Position numbers and translations under genes: made by a program
From: Synechococcus sp.
GTDB taxonomy: Bacteria; Cyanobacteriota; Cyanobacteriia; Thermostichales; PCC-7336
DNA: 64,000 bases
Reading direction: 5' to 3'
NCBI GenBank assembly: GCA_051439605.1
Contig: JBFRWN010000081.1
Span: 11,717-75,716, forward strand
The notes under the pieces: generated by a model
What the model was told of the DNA's origin: nothing
What the model saw: the letters and a program-made list of their open reading frames with translations, nothing else
Databases searched by the model: none
Shown: in pieces, positions 54,196 to 64,000 of the stretch
Layout: each line of letters begins with the position of its first letter
How positions within the stretch are numbered: the first letter of the stretch is position 1

Positions 54196-54453
54196 ATGGC
54201 AAGGGTCAATGATAAAGGTAAATCACCATTGATGTTACTCAGAAAGCGAGTGGGTTTAAATCAGCAAGAATTAGCTAGATTGTTAGGAGTGTCGCGAACA
54301 ACCATCATGCGCTGGGAAACTGGACGAGCTTCCCCGCAACTATCGCTCATCCAAGTGAAAACTCTGTGTCGTAGTCTCAGAATTACAGTAGAGGAACTCC
54401 CCGATAATTTTGCTCCACAACCGATCTCACCTACAAGAGATATAGTCGATTGA
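54196..54453 (+). CDS. XRE-family HTH transcriptional regulator
   Basis: LRKRVGLNQQELARLLGVSRTTIMRWETG helix-turn-helix. Confidence 0.9.
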   Translation: MARVNDKGKSPLMLLRKRVGLNQQELARLLGVSRTTIMRWETGRASPQLSLIQVKTLCRSLRITVEELPDNFAPQPISPTRDIVD

Positions 54454-55221
54454 TCGTAAATAGGTGATTTTTTTAAACCAGGCAGCTTTACTTTAGCGAT
54501 CGCAACGGGATACAAGCTTGAGAGTCTCTCCCTTCTCATTTTGAGAGCAGATACCTACAAGCTATGACATTTCTATACAATAGATTGCTGTACAACCTCA
54601 TTTTAGCTACACGACTAATGGCGCGTAACTTTTATACGCGTTGTGATAATTCTAGACTGGTATTCAGATTTTTCAGTACCGTCGAGAATCCATAATATGT
54701 TTGGACAGAATTACTCCTTAACCATCAGTGAGTCAATCTAGATTATTGGAAGACGCAGTTGAAACAGTTTTCGATAGGGAAAGTGTTGGTCTCATCATCT
54801 CCTGATTGCGTAAAACTTTGTTTGAATCGAGGTTTCTAAGCTGAGAGATAATAGCGCTTCTATCCTCACTTTCTAAGCCTGAATCGATCCTTAACGAAAT
54901 ATTGATAGATTTTTACATAAAACTGAAAACTGTGGATAAATTGGGGAAATCTAATAAAAATCTGATGACAGCGGACCATGAAGTTAGAGCTGTTGATAGT
55001 AAATTGAGCCAGAGTTGTTGGTTGATGGGAATGAGTTGAGTGACTTGGCTGCAGCTAAGGAACTTAAAAGAAGACACATACGTCGGACGTATACAATATG
55101 GTTGAGCAGAACAGGCTTAAACAGTGGTTTTACGTCAACTTGTTGGATAGTCTGTATATGCCTTTGTGCCCACTGTTGGTATCAAGGTTGTATCCCTCAG
55201 GCTCCACGGTTCTCTGAGCAT

Positions 55222-56958
55222 ATGACTTTCCTACAACCGAGACCGTCCGTCCGTTTTATCAGTCTGCGAACCAAGCTGCTGTTTACCTTCAGCATTGTTT
55301 TTTCGCTCCTGTTTGTAGGGATTTTTTACCGCTCCTTTCGGTTTTCCAAAGAAAAAGCTATGGACCGATTGCGTCAGGATATGGAAGATACCCTCAATGG
55401 AGCTACGGCGGGTGTCAACGTAACAGAACTGCTATCCCTCTACAGCAACGGTCAAGTCAATGACGCAAAGTTCTCTGACGATGCTCGCTATGGGAATCAA
55501 CTGCAGTGGTTGAATCTTGTCAACAGCATTGAACCGCGAGCCTGGCTGTACACCTATGTGCCCGGTGGAGAAGAGGCCCGTAGAGAAGGAGCCCCCGCTC
55601 AGGGGTACGAGGTGATTTTCTTGGTGGATAGTTGGTCGGATGTAGATCCCGATAAAGCGGCCAAGTTTTTGGAGCCCTATAGCGCCAGTCAATGGATGGA
55701 AGAGAGCTTGATGGAGGGGAAGCTGGTGCAGCGGCCCGAATCCTATAGCGATGCGTGGGGCAGTTGGATCAGTGCCTATGCCCCCCTCTTCAACGACCAA
55801 GGTCAGGTGGTTGCTGGTATGGGTATCGATATCGAATTGGATTACGTCCAGTCGGTGCGACAAGGGATTCTGTTAGAAACATTGCGCTGGTACGCGATCG
55901 CCTATGGAGTTCTGTTTGTCGTCGTATATTGGCTGTCTGGAGTTTTGACTAAAAATCTCTCGGCCTTGACCCATTCCGCCCGGCTGATTGGGGCTGGGGA
56001 CTACGATAGCGACATCAAATTTGATGCCCCAAGTCGATTCCCAGATGAAATGGACACCTTAGCCGAGGTCATGGAAGCTACCCTCGATCAAATTCGCACC
56101 CGCGAGCAACTGATTTTGGAAGTCAAACAAACTGAGGACGAGATGCGCCACGCCTTGGAGGAGGAACGCGAACTGAATGAGTTGACATCTCGGTTTGTGT
56201 CGATGGTGTCCCACGAGCTGAGAACCCCCCTGACCGTTATTCGCACCTCCTCTGAGTTGTTGGAACATTACGGCGACCAAATTGGTGAAGATAAACAGGA
56301 GGAATACTATCAGCGTATCCGAGGGGCCATTAAGAACATGGCGCAACTCATTGAAGATGTTTTAGTTGCTGGCAAGGCTGAAGCTGGAAAACTAAATTTC
56401 CAGCCTGTCTTCCTCGACTTACCTCAATTTTGTCAAGAGACCTTGGAAGAAATCCGCCTAGGTTTACAGTCCGCCTGCACCATTTCGTTCGAATATCACG
56501 GTCAAGACTCGGAGGCATGTGTCGATCCCAAGCTGCTGCACATTATTCTGACGAACTTGGTTTTTAATGCGGTCAAGTATTCTGACAAAAACTCTCCGGT
56601 CAAGTTGGAAGTTTTCAGAATGAAGGATCAGGTGATTTTCGAAGTGCGCGATCGCGGTATTGGCATCCCTGCCGCCGATCAACCCCACCTGTTTAAAACC
56701 TTCCATCGTGCCAAGAATGTCGGTGCGATCCGGGGGACTGGGTTAGGATTAGCCATTGTCAAGCACTGCGTTACCTACCACAAAGGGCAAATCACCTTTG
56801 TTAGCACTGAAGGGGAAGGGACAACATTTGTGGTGAAGCTGCCCACGATATGCCCCGTTGTTTCCTCTATTCATTCTTCTGCGGAATCCATCGAGGAGAA
56901 GCAGTCATTCGATCTTGACCGCAGCGATATCGACACTTCAGAGAGCGAGACTTTGTAG
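55222..56958 (+). CDS. Sensor histidine kinase (TM, Cache-like sensor, TM, HAMP, HisKA, HATPase)
   Basis: SHELRTPL, NLVFNAVKY, DRGIGI, GTGLGL; periplasmic WGSWISAYAP. ATG at 55222 is the likely start. Confidence 0.93.
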   Translation: MTFLQPRPSVRFISLRTKLLFTFSIVFSLLFVGIFYRSFRFSKEKAMDRLRQDMEDTLNGATAGVNVTELLSLYSNGQVNDAKFSDDARYGNQLQWLNLVNSIEPRAWLYTYVPGGEEARREGAPAQGYEVIFLVDSWSDVDPDKAAKFLEPYSASQWMEESLMEGKLVQRPESYSDAWGSWISAYAPLFNDQGQVVAGMGIDIELDYVQSVRQGILLETLRWYAIAYGVLFVVVYWLSGVLTKNLSALTHSARLIGAGDYDSDIKFDAPSRFPDEMDTLAEVMEATLDQIRTREQLILEVKQTEDEMRHALEEERELNELTSRFVSMVSHELRTPLTVIRTSSELLEHYGDQIGEDKQEEYYQRIRGAIKNMAQLIEDVLVAGKAEAGKLNFQPVFLDLPQFCQETLEEIRLGLQSACTISFEYHGQDSEACVDPKLLHIILTNLVFNAVKYSDKNSPVKLEVFRMKDQVIFEVRDRGIGIPAADQPHLFKTFHRAKNVGAIRGTGLGLAIVKHCVTYHKGQITFVSTEGEGTTFVVKLPTICPVVSSIHSSAESIEEKQSFDLDRSDIDTSESETL

Positions 56959-57497
56959 AACAACACTGTAGACATTTAATGCGATCGATGTGTGCCAGGT
57001 GAGATGGCAGAACGCTTAGCCTCTACTAGCTTGGGCACCATCAATGCTCTACTAGAAATCTCCGCGGGCCAGAGACATGCAAAGAGCTATTAGTTGCCCC
57101 TTGTATCCGCTGTTGATGCAGTTCAGGCGATGGAATCGAAGTCAGTTCGATAAAATTGGCCCCCAATGCAAAATGAGGGGCTACTTGAACGAAAAGATTG
57201 GCATTCGAGGGACTTGTTCTCCTTTCCCGAACCGGGGGAGGGCCATCGAACTCGGGTGAACCGGGTACGGCGACGGTTGGTTTCTCTTTCGAGATGCTAT
57301 CTACGAGTGGGATGAAGGCAAGGCGATCGCCGGGTCACAATTGCCCAATAGCCGATGAATTGTTACTAAATGCTGCGTAAAAAAGGCAGTTTAGGTATGC
57401 CCAACATCAAAATGTTAAATATTGAGTGATAAAAACAGGTATTTCGAGAATAATGACATCTAATTAGTTTGAGTCCGCTCTTCCGGGTGAAAGTACG

Positions 57498-58706
57498 ATG
57501 CACGAGAATGGCACCCCAACTGAGTCTAACCAGGTCTTTCCTGACCCAGCGGAAGCCGGGAATGGTTTCACTTGGCATGGGTCACAGTCTAAAATATCCT
57601 CTCAATTGGATGGAATAGTGCCTGGAAGTACGGCAAAGATTAAGGTGATCGGCGTCGGTGGTGGAGGCGGGAACGCCGTCAACCGCATGGTAGCCAGTGA
57701 ACTCAGCGGTGTTGAGTTTTGGACCATCAATACAGATGCTCAGGCATTGGTCCAATCTCATGCCATGAAGCGCCTGCAAATTGGCCAAAAGCTGACACGA
57801 GGTTTGGGGGCGGGGGGAAATCCCGCTGTGGGCCAAAAGGCGGCAGATGAGTCGCGGGATGAAATCCAGGTGGCATTAGAGGGCGCGGACCTAGTCTTTA
57901 TTGCTGCCGGCATGGGGGGGGGCACCGGCACCGGCGCTGCACCGGTGGTGGCCCAAATCGCCAAAGAAACCGGTGCATTAACGGTGGGCGTTGTGACTCG
58001 GCCCTTTACCTTTGAAGGTCGCCGTCGTACAAAGCAGGCTAACGATGGCGTTGCTGCATTACAGGGTTGCGTCGACACTCTGATTGTGATTCCCAATGAC
58101 AAGCTGCTGTCGGTAATTTCTGAGCAGACACCTGTGCAAGAGGCCTTCCGTGTTGCCGATGACGTGCTACGTCAGGGTGTTCAAGGAATTTCGGACATCA
58201 TCACCATTCCTGGCTTGGTGAATGTTGACTTTGCCGATGTTCGCAGCGTCATGGCCGATGCAGGGTCTGCGCTAATGGGGATTGGTATGGGGTCAGGCAA
58301 GTCTCGGGCTCGCGAAGCTGCTATGACGGCGATTTCCTCACCCCTGCTGGAGTCCTCCATTGACGGAGCGAAGGGTGTTCTCCTTAACGTAACGGGTGGC
58401 GATGACCTCACGTTGCACGAGGTAACTGCGGCATCAGAGATTATTGCTGAAGCTGTTGATGAGGATGCCAACATTATCTTTGGGGCTGTCATTGACGAGA
58501 AGATGCAGGGGGAAATTCGCATCACAGTGATTGCAACTGGTTTCCAAGGGTTCTCTCCCATGCAAGCTGTGGCGGCTGTAGAGCAGAAGATGTCCTCTAA
58601 AACCGCTCAGCAAACAAAGGTGATTGCGGCATCAGCAGCCCCCAGCCTGAACGGCAGCGGCGGTTTAGATATTCCTGACTTTCTGCGCAAGCGTCGCGGT
58701 CGTTAG
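57498..58706 (+). CDS. ftsZ: Cell division protein FtsZ
   Basis: [29 protein letters not shown]-terminal LDIPDFL. Confidence 0.98.
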   Translation: MHENGTPTESNQVFPDPAEAGNGFTWHGSQSKISSQLDGIVPGSTAKIKVIGVGGGGGNAVNRMVASELSGVEFWTINTDAQALVQSHAMKRLQIGQKLTRGLGAGGNPAVGQKAADESRDEIQVALEGADLVFIAAGMGGGTGTGAAPVVAQIAKETGALTVGVVTRPFTFEGRRRTKQANDGVAALQGCVDTLIVIPNDKLLSVISEQTPVQEAFRVADDVLRQGVQGISDIITIPGLVNVDFADVRSVMADAGSALMGIGMGSGKSRAREAAMTAISSPLLESSIDGAKGVLLNVTGGDDLTLHEVTAASEIIAEAVDEDANIIFGAVIDEKMQGEIRITVIATGFQGFSPMQAVAAVEQKMSSKTAQQTKVIAASAAPSLNGSGGLDIPDFLRKRRGR

Positions 58707-58738
58707 ATGAGCCGCTAGAATCTGCAACTATACAGTAT

Positions 58739-58777
58739 TACACTTGGCAAGCAACTTAACGCTGCCAAGTGTATTTT
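58739..58777 (+). terminator. Hairpin/terminator after ftsZ
   Basis: TACACTTGGCA ... TGCCAAGTGTA followed by TTTT. Confidence 0.65.
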
Positions 58778-58806
58778 GCGTCTACTACTGAATTGCATTC
58801 ATTATT

Positions 58807-59484
58807 GTGGCCTCGTACATTCTCGGACTTCATACGGCTACGCCTACGTTGGCATTGGGTCTATTTGACCTGGAAACTTTTAACACGATCCAATCTCGCA
58901 GCTGGTATCTCGATCGCCAGATGTCCAGCGAGTTGCATCCCTGTTTAGGGGAATTTTTGCCTGCGGAGCGCTGGTCGGAATTAGTGGCCGTTGCAGTGGT
59001 CGTGGGACCGGGAAGTTTTACCAGCTGTCGCATGGGGGTGACAGTTGCCAGAACGTTGGGGCAAGCATTGGAAGTGCCCGTTTTTGGAATTTCGGCTCTA
59101 GCGGCAATTGCCATGACTCACCTACACAATGCGTTCCTGCAAAGCCGGGCAGGCGAGACCCGCAGAGAATCAGCCCCTGTGGTAGCAGTGCAGGCGGATG
59201 CCAAGCGGGGGGAATGGTATGGCGGAATTTATCAACGTCAAGCGCATCAGTTAGTCCCCCTTCAGAGCGATCGCCTGTGGACTGATTCTGAATGGGAGGA
59301 AACATTAGCCGGCCTGGGACTACTCGAAACCAGCCAAAGAGTTGATGCTAAAGAATGGGAGGCGCATCCGCCTGTAGAGGGGGTTTTGTTGTTGGCAGCA
59401 GAGAGCTACCGCAGCGGTCTCAGGCCAAGTTGGCAAGATATTCTGCCGTTTTATGGCCGCAAACCTCCGATTCATAATGGCTGA
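58807..59484 (+). CDS. tsaB: t6A biosynthesis protein TsaB
   Basis: LGLHTAT, GPGSFTSCRMG, DAKRGEWY, LPFY. Confidence 0.92.
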   Translation: MASYILGLHTATPTLALGLFDLETFNTIQSRSWYLDRQMSSELHPCLGEFLPAERWSELVAVAVVVGPGSFTSCRMGVTVARTLGQALEVPVFGISALAAIAMTHLHNAFLQSRAGETRRESAPVVAVQADAKRGEWYGGIYQRQAHQLVPLQSDRLWTDSEWEETLAGLGLLETSQRVDAKEWEAHPPVEGVLLLAAESYRSGLRPSWQDILPFYGRKPPIHNG

Positions 59485-59975
59485 GTCTACATTGAGAGAC
59501 CTGTCGTCAGGAGTAGGCTGTTCAACAGTGTACGAGCCCCTGATAACAAGGAGCTGTTGAACTGACGCCTATAGGGATGAAGCACTTAGCCAGGACAAGC
59601 CAGATTGCTACGGATATCCAACGAGACCAACTCAGCTTTAATTGCGCGAAATGGGCATGAGCAGCAGCACAACATCTTCAACCCATTGATGAGTACACCA
59701 TTGCACTTGATTACGATTGGGTTGCCCCTATCCTCTTTCTGCCCCAGCGTAGGTCAGTTGATGGGCGATCGCATACACCCGGCAATCTTGATTTGAGGTG
59801 CCTACTTCCAGTAGAAACTCTCAAATCTCTGTCTGTTTCCAACCGAACCCGATGTTTAGTAGGCTGAATTTTGACTTGGGATTAAAAAACTGCCTTTGTT
59901 AATCTTCACAAAGCATAGATTTTCTTATTGCTATAATTGAGCCATCCCTGTCTATCTATAGTGGGAGGGTTTTTT

Positions 59976-60206
59976 ATGAATGCAATAGAGGGATTTTATC
60001 AGGAAGTCCTGCAAAATCCCTGTTTGGCTAGCGAGGTAGATTCTTTGCTCGAGCAGAGTGATTTTATTGAACCTTTCATTGCTTTGGGTAAACGTCAAGG
60101 ATTTATCTTCAGTACTAGCGATGTTGAAGACTCGATCTTGAAGAATACAGCCCGCAATCAGGGGAGCTATTTTTGCTTGCCCATCGGATGCTACGAACGG
60201 CACTAA
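59976..60206 (+). CDS. Nif11-like leader-domain small protein with C-terminal CLPIGC
   Basis: GGGAGG RBS. FYQEVLQNP.L and FIALGKRQGFIFS match the Nif11 pattern; tail is NQGSYFCLPIGCYERH. Confidence 0.75.
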   Translation: MNAIEGFYQEVLQNPCLASEVDSLLEQSDFIEPFIALGKRQGFIFSTSDVEDSILKNTARNQGSYFCLPIGCYERH

Positions 60207-60332
60207 GCCTGACGGAGCGCTGTTCTTCAAACTGTGTCAAACAGGCTGTGAGGGGTTTCTGGACATAGGTTAAGCTAACGTAAGATCTGACAGGGTTGCG
60301 CTCAATTGTATACTTTAGCTCTGGTTAAAGAG

Positions 60333-60569
60333 ATGAAGTATTTTATCTACAAACATACTGCTCGTGCCGATCGTGCATGTTCGGAGTTCGTTATTCCCAT
60401 TGCAGAAATTGAGGCAGATTCTTCAACGTCTGCATGTAAATCTTTGCGATATCAAGTTCGTGTCGATGACAATCAAATTTTAGACGCTTTCCCTGCATTT
60501 TTGCCGACATTACAAGCTGAAGCTGAAGAACTAGCATTGTCTTCTTCAGATAATTTGCTGAATCAATAG
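60333..60569 (+). CDS. Small hypothetical protein
   Basis: 78-aa ATG-started ORF with two Cys, between the Nif11-like gene and trxB. Confidence 0.55.
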   Translation: MKYFIYKHTARADRACSEFVIPIAEIEADSSTSACKSLRYQVRVDDNQILDAFPAFLPTLQAEAEELALSSSDNLLNQ

Positions 60570-60794
60570 GAATATCTTGACTGTATCGACTCTCCATTCA
60601 GTCATATTTTCGAATGTCATTCCTTTTTGCAAGTTCTCGTGATTCAAGGGATTTTAGTGTTGCGTGTCTTGGTGAATGAATTGAAAATGGGCACGACCAG
60701 GGAATGATTACTGTTGATGTTAAGAGGGTGTGACAGGGGTGGTGTTTTGAGGTCGGGATAGGGATCGCAGCACCATGGGAGGCGAGATTGTGAA

Positions 60795-61781
60795 ATGACT
60801 ACCATCCACTACCAACGGAGACCTGTTGCCATAGTTGGAGCGGGGCCGGCCGGATATACGGCTGCCATTTATGCTGCACGCGCGAACCTGCCTCCACTGA
60901 TGGTGCGTGGACCCGTTCCCGGTGGGCAGTTGATGATGACCACCGATGTGGAGAACTTTCCTGGCTTTCCAAAAGGAATTTTGGGGCCAGAACTGATGAA
61001 TCTTTTCCAGCAACAGGCAGCTCGATTTGGTGCTGAGGAACGGGTGGGGACAGTCACCAAGGTCAATTTTTCCCAATGGCCTTTCCTACTCACCATCGAT
61101 CGCAAAGATATCGTGCTGGCAGATAGCGTCATTATTGCAACGGGTGCCACCCATAGATATTTAGGGGTCAAGGGGGAACGGCGCTTGCTAGGACGAGGAG
61201 TCTCAGTGTGTGCCACGTGTGATGGGGCATTTTTTACAGATGTGCCGGTTGCGGTCATCGGCGGGGGAGATACTGCCGTCCAAAATGCGCTGCTGCTGAC
61301 GCGGACTGCCAGCCACGTTTATTTGATTCATCGTCGCGATCGCCTGCGGGCCAGCCAGATTATGCAGCAGCGATTGGTCGAGCGGGACAAGGTCACTGTT
61401 GTGTGGAATAAGGTTGTGTTGGAGATTTTGGGGAACTCGATGGTCGAGGGGTTGCTGGTAGAGGATGTTATCTCTGGCCAAACGAGTTTAGTAGAAGTGG
61501 AAGGGGTCTTTATTTCGATTGGGCACAAGCCAAACTCCGAAGTTTTTCAAGAATGGTTGGAGTTAGATGATACGGGTCATATTGTTACGGCCCCTGATTC
61601 TACCCACACGAGTATTCCGGGGGTGTTTGCCTGTGGCGACATTCAAGATCGCTTGTATCGCCAGGCCGTAACTGCGGCGGGAACCGGTTGTATGGCAGCC
61701 ATGGATGCGGAACGCTGGTTGGCGAAAAAGCACGAACAGACTGCAGTTAGTGAGTTTGAGGCATATGTGACTTATTTGTAA
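60795..61781 (+). CDS. trxB: NADPH-dependent thioredoxin-disulfide reductase
   Basis: GAGPAG, GGQLMMTTDVENFPGF, CATCDG active site, GGGDTA, HRRD, GDIQD..YRQAVTAAG. Confidence 0.95.
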   Translation: MTTIHYQRRPVAIVGAGPAGYTAAIYAARANLPPLMVRGPVPGGQLMMTTDVENFPGFPKGILGPELMNLFQQQAARFGAEERVGTVTKVNFSQWPFLLTIDRKDIVLADSVIIATGATHRYLGVKGERRLLGRGVSVCATCDGAFFTDVPVAVIGGGDTAVQNALLLTRTASHVYLIHRRDRLRASQIMQQRLVERDKVTVVWNKVVLEILGNSMVEGLLVEDVISGQTSLVEVEGVFISIGHKPNSEVFQEWLELDDTGHIVTAPDSTHTSIPGVFACGDIQDRLYRQAVTAAGTGCMAAMDAERWLAKKHEQTAVSEFEAYVTYL

Positions 61782-61958
61782 GGGAAAGATCGATCGCCAA
61801 CCTTTATAGTCCTTGACATTTTAGTTAGGACGTCAGTCTCTATGCCCAGTCATCGATTGGGATCGCTAAAATGTCCTAAGCGACTTGACGGTCGCTATAG
61901 AAAATGATTGTAGGGAAGCGAAATGATAGGCTAATCGCGATCGCGCATCCGTAAGTCA

Positions 61959-63404
61959 ATGACCCTTTTTACCCTAGAGACAGCACTTGCTGTTGCCAAT
62001 CAGTTAGTGTTTAGAACGGCCCACAGGTATTTAACGGATATCGAGACAGTGGTGTTCAACGGGGCATGGAATCGGGAAGACTACGATGCCATCGCAGCTA
62101 AGGCGCAATATTCTACAGGTTATATCAGTCAAGATGTTGCACCAAAGTTCTGGAAGTTACTCTCTGAAGCTTTAGGTGAAAAGGTTCGAAAAAGTAACTT
62201 TAAAGAAGCCTTAAAGCGTCACTGGGAACAGGAGGGGATTTCTCTTGAGAGAGAGAGAAATATCCCAATGTCGCTGTCTTCATCCGATAGCTATCGAGTC
62301 CCAGTCAGCAAGCTAGCTGCTGAAAATCTAGATGTCGATCGGGAGAGTATGCCCAGCTATCCCAGCGGTGCAATTGCAATAGACTCAAAGTTTTATATTG
62401 AACGTGCTGCTATTGAACAGAGAATTCAGGAGGAGCTCAAACAGCCGGGAGCCTTGGTTCGAATTAAGGCTCCTCAGGAAATGGGTAAAACCTCTTTAGT
62501 GCTTAGGGTTTTGGCTTCATTAAGGCTGCAGGGATGTCTCTCTGTATATTTAAATTTCGAACAGGCGGACAGCAGTATTTTGAGCGATCTGGACCGCCTG
62601 TTGCGATGGCTGTGCGTCAATATTGCTCGTCAGCTTCACCTCGATACCAATCTCGATGCCTCCTGGGATGCAGAGATGGGGAGCAAGCTGAGTAGTACGC
62701 TTTATCTTCAAGAGCAGATCTTAGAACGTATTCAATCTCCATTGATTTTAGTGCTCAATCACGTCAATCAAATTTTTGAGTACCCTGCAGTCGCAAAGGA
62801 TTTTCTACCACTTGTTCGATCGTGGTACGAAGAATCTAAACGAATACAGGCTTGGAAAAAGCTGAAGATAGTGATGGTCCATTCCACGGACGTGTACGTT
62901 CAGCTGAATTACAATCAATCCCCATTTAATGTTGGGCTTCCTATCCAGCTTCCCCCCTTCAATCTTGACGAACTCAAGCAACTGGCTCGACTTTACAAAC
63001 TTGATTTAAGTGAGGAAGAGGCCAGCAGTCTGCTTGAGATGCTGGGGGGACAGCCTGCTCTAGTTCATGCAGCTATTTATCGTATTAGTCGTGGGGAATT
63101 AACTTTACCAGAATTACTCGAAACAGCTACGACTAGCGAAGGCATATATCGCTATCACTTACAGCGTCATTGGATCGCTTTAAACGAACGGCCGCAATTA
63201 TCGAATGCCCTGTCTTCAATACTGATGGAAAGTGAACCGAGCTACTTCGAGCCCCACGTGATTCATCGTTTAAGCAGCATGGGTCTCATTAAGATTGAGG
63301 AAAACATACCGGTCATCAGCTGCAAGCTCTACCAGACCTACTTTGAGTCTCAATTGTTGCATCGGGAGATTGCTGATGAAGCAAACGAGTCCGATCGTGT
63401 TTGA
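61959..63404 (+). CDS. N-terminal HTH plus AAA_35-like NTPase domain regulator
   Basis: YDAIAA....STGYISQDVAPKFWKLLSEALGEKVRKSNF HTH region; YIER, IKAPQEMGKTS, QSPFNVG. Confidence 0.85.
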   Translation: MTLFTLETALAVANQLVFRTAHRYLTDIETVVFNGAWNREDYDAIAAKAQYSTGYISQDVAPKFWKLLSEALGEKVRKSNFKEALKRHWEQEGISLERERNIPMSLSSSDSYRVPVSKLAAENLDVDRESMPSYPSGAIAIDSKFYIERAAIEQRIQEELKQPGALVRIKAPQEMGKTSLVLRVLASLRLQGCLSVYLNFEQADSSILSDLDRLLRWLCVNIARQLHLDTNLDASWDAEMGSKLSSTLYLQEQILERIQSPLILVLNHVNQIFEYPAVAKDFLPLVRSWYEESKRIQAWKKLKIVMVHSTDVYVQLNYNQSPFNVGLPIQLPPFNLDELKQLARLYKLDLSEEEASSLLEMLGGQPALVHAAIYRISRGELTLPELLETATTSEGIYRYHLQRHWIALNERPQLSNALSSILMESEPSYFEPHVIHRLSSMGLIKIEENIPVISCKLYQTYFESQLLHREIADEANESDRV

Positions 63405-63548
63405 ATTGCTCGGAAAGCTCAACTCAAACGATAAATTCATTCTCTGATCTGATTCCTACAAATCATCATTTGCTGTCCTAACGGCAGCAATTGGTGACAA
63501 TCTCAGCCGCTTATTGTTCAATACGAACGGTGAGGTGAAATCGATACA

Positions 63549-64000
63549 GTGATCGAGCAAAATGCTGATTGTCAGCTTGGTCTAGAAGTCCATTGGATGC
63601 TTGCTCTGGCCTTGACTGCTGGAGTTGAATGTGTTTTTCCAGTGGCACTGAGGGCTGAGACGGTTAGTGATTGTCAGGATTTTCCTGCGGCTTGCCTGCA
63701 TGCACAATCGCCTTCTTTGGATACGCCAACTGGGCCTTTCCCTCCTATCCCCAATCGCCCCTTGCCCGGTCCTGAAACTGTTACCGTCGAGCGGTTCGAG
63801 TTTGAGGGCAATACGGCCTTTAGCGATCGCGAACTTGCAGAAGTCGTGAACGATCTAGTGGGACGTCCGCTGTCGTTTGTGGAGTTACTTGAGGCTGAAA
63901 AGGCGATCGAACGGGCCTACGTGCAGGCGGGTTACCTCAACTCTGGGGCGGTGATTGTTGCCGACCAAACGCTGTCACCAACAAATGCAGTGGTCAGAGT
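63549..64000 (+). CDS. ShlB/FhaC/HecB (TpsB) outer-membrane transporter, 5' part (runs off the window)
   Basis: Hand translation of the POTRA domain: VTVERFEFEGNTAFSDRELAEV...GRPLSFVELL...YVQAGYLNSGA. Start GTG 63549 or ATG 63597. Confidence 0.88.
   Translation, partial: MIEQNADCQLGLEVHWMLALALTAGVECVFPVALRAETVSDCQDFPAACLHAQSPSLDTPTGPFPPIPNRPLPGPETVTVERFEFEGNTAFSDRELAEVVNDLVGRPLSFVELLEAEKAIERAYVQAGYLNSGAVIVADQTLSPTNAVVR

Noticed and set aside
61825..63481. TGTCCTAA/TTAGGAC motif at 61825, 61872 and 63474 as an operator for the AAA regulator
   Set aside because: Only 7-8 bp and three occurrences; cannot be separated from chance without statistics.
1..64000. CRISPR array or cas genes
   Set aside because: No regularly spaced repeat-spacer series and no Cas-like ORF found by eye.
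1..64000. Frequent GCGATCGC octamers as a novel repeat
   Set aside because: This is the well-known cyanobacterial HIP1 palindrome.

Overview
Chromosomal window from a cyanobacterium, shown by psbEFLJ, psaI, a petM-like gene, crtH and very frequent HIP1 GCGATCGC sites. Its unsplit, intein-free dnaE suggests a lineage lacking the usual cyanobacterial split DnaE intein (inference). Most of the window is housekeeping: HelY-like helicase, dnaE, lysS, a devBCCA-type exporter, M42 peptidase, DUF1517, ggt, CPA2 antiporter, tRNA-Gly(TCC), pnp, rimM, an EF-G paralogue, ABC1 kinase, smc, crtH, a histidine kinase, ftsZ and tsaB. The best candidates for undescribed biology are: (1) a lone gene fusing an NDT/N-glycosidase-like domain to a macrodomain (21102-22340), possibly a one-gene NAD+/ADP-ribose defence or signalling module; (2) an accessory cluster at 59.9-64 kb, where a Nif11-like peptide ending in C-L-P-I-G-C sits beside a thioredoxin reductase with no adjacent thioredoxin, followed by an HTH-AAA regulator and a TpsB transporter; (3) two unannotated structured RNA candidates (6S-like at 34.5-34.7 kb; a two-hairpin RNA upstream of tRNA-Gly); (4) five phased 11-bp repeats upstream of an XRE gene in an AT-rich stretch. 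No CRISPR array, rRNA, integrase or transposase gene was seen. All calls come from reading motifs by eye; no database searches were run.
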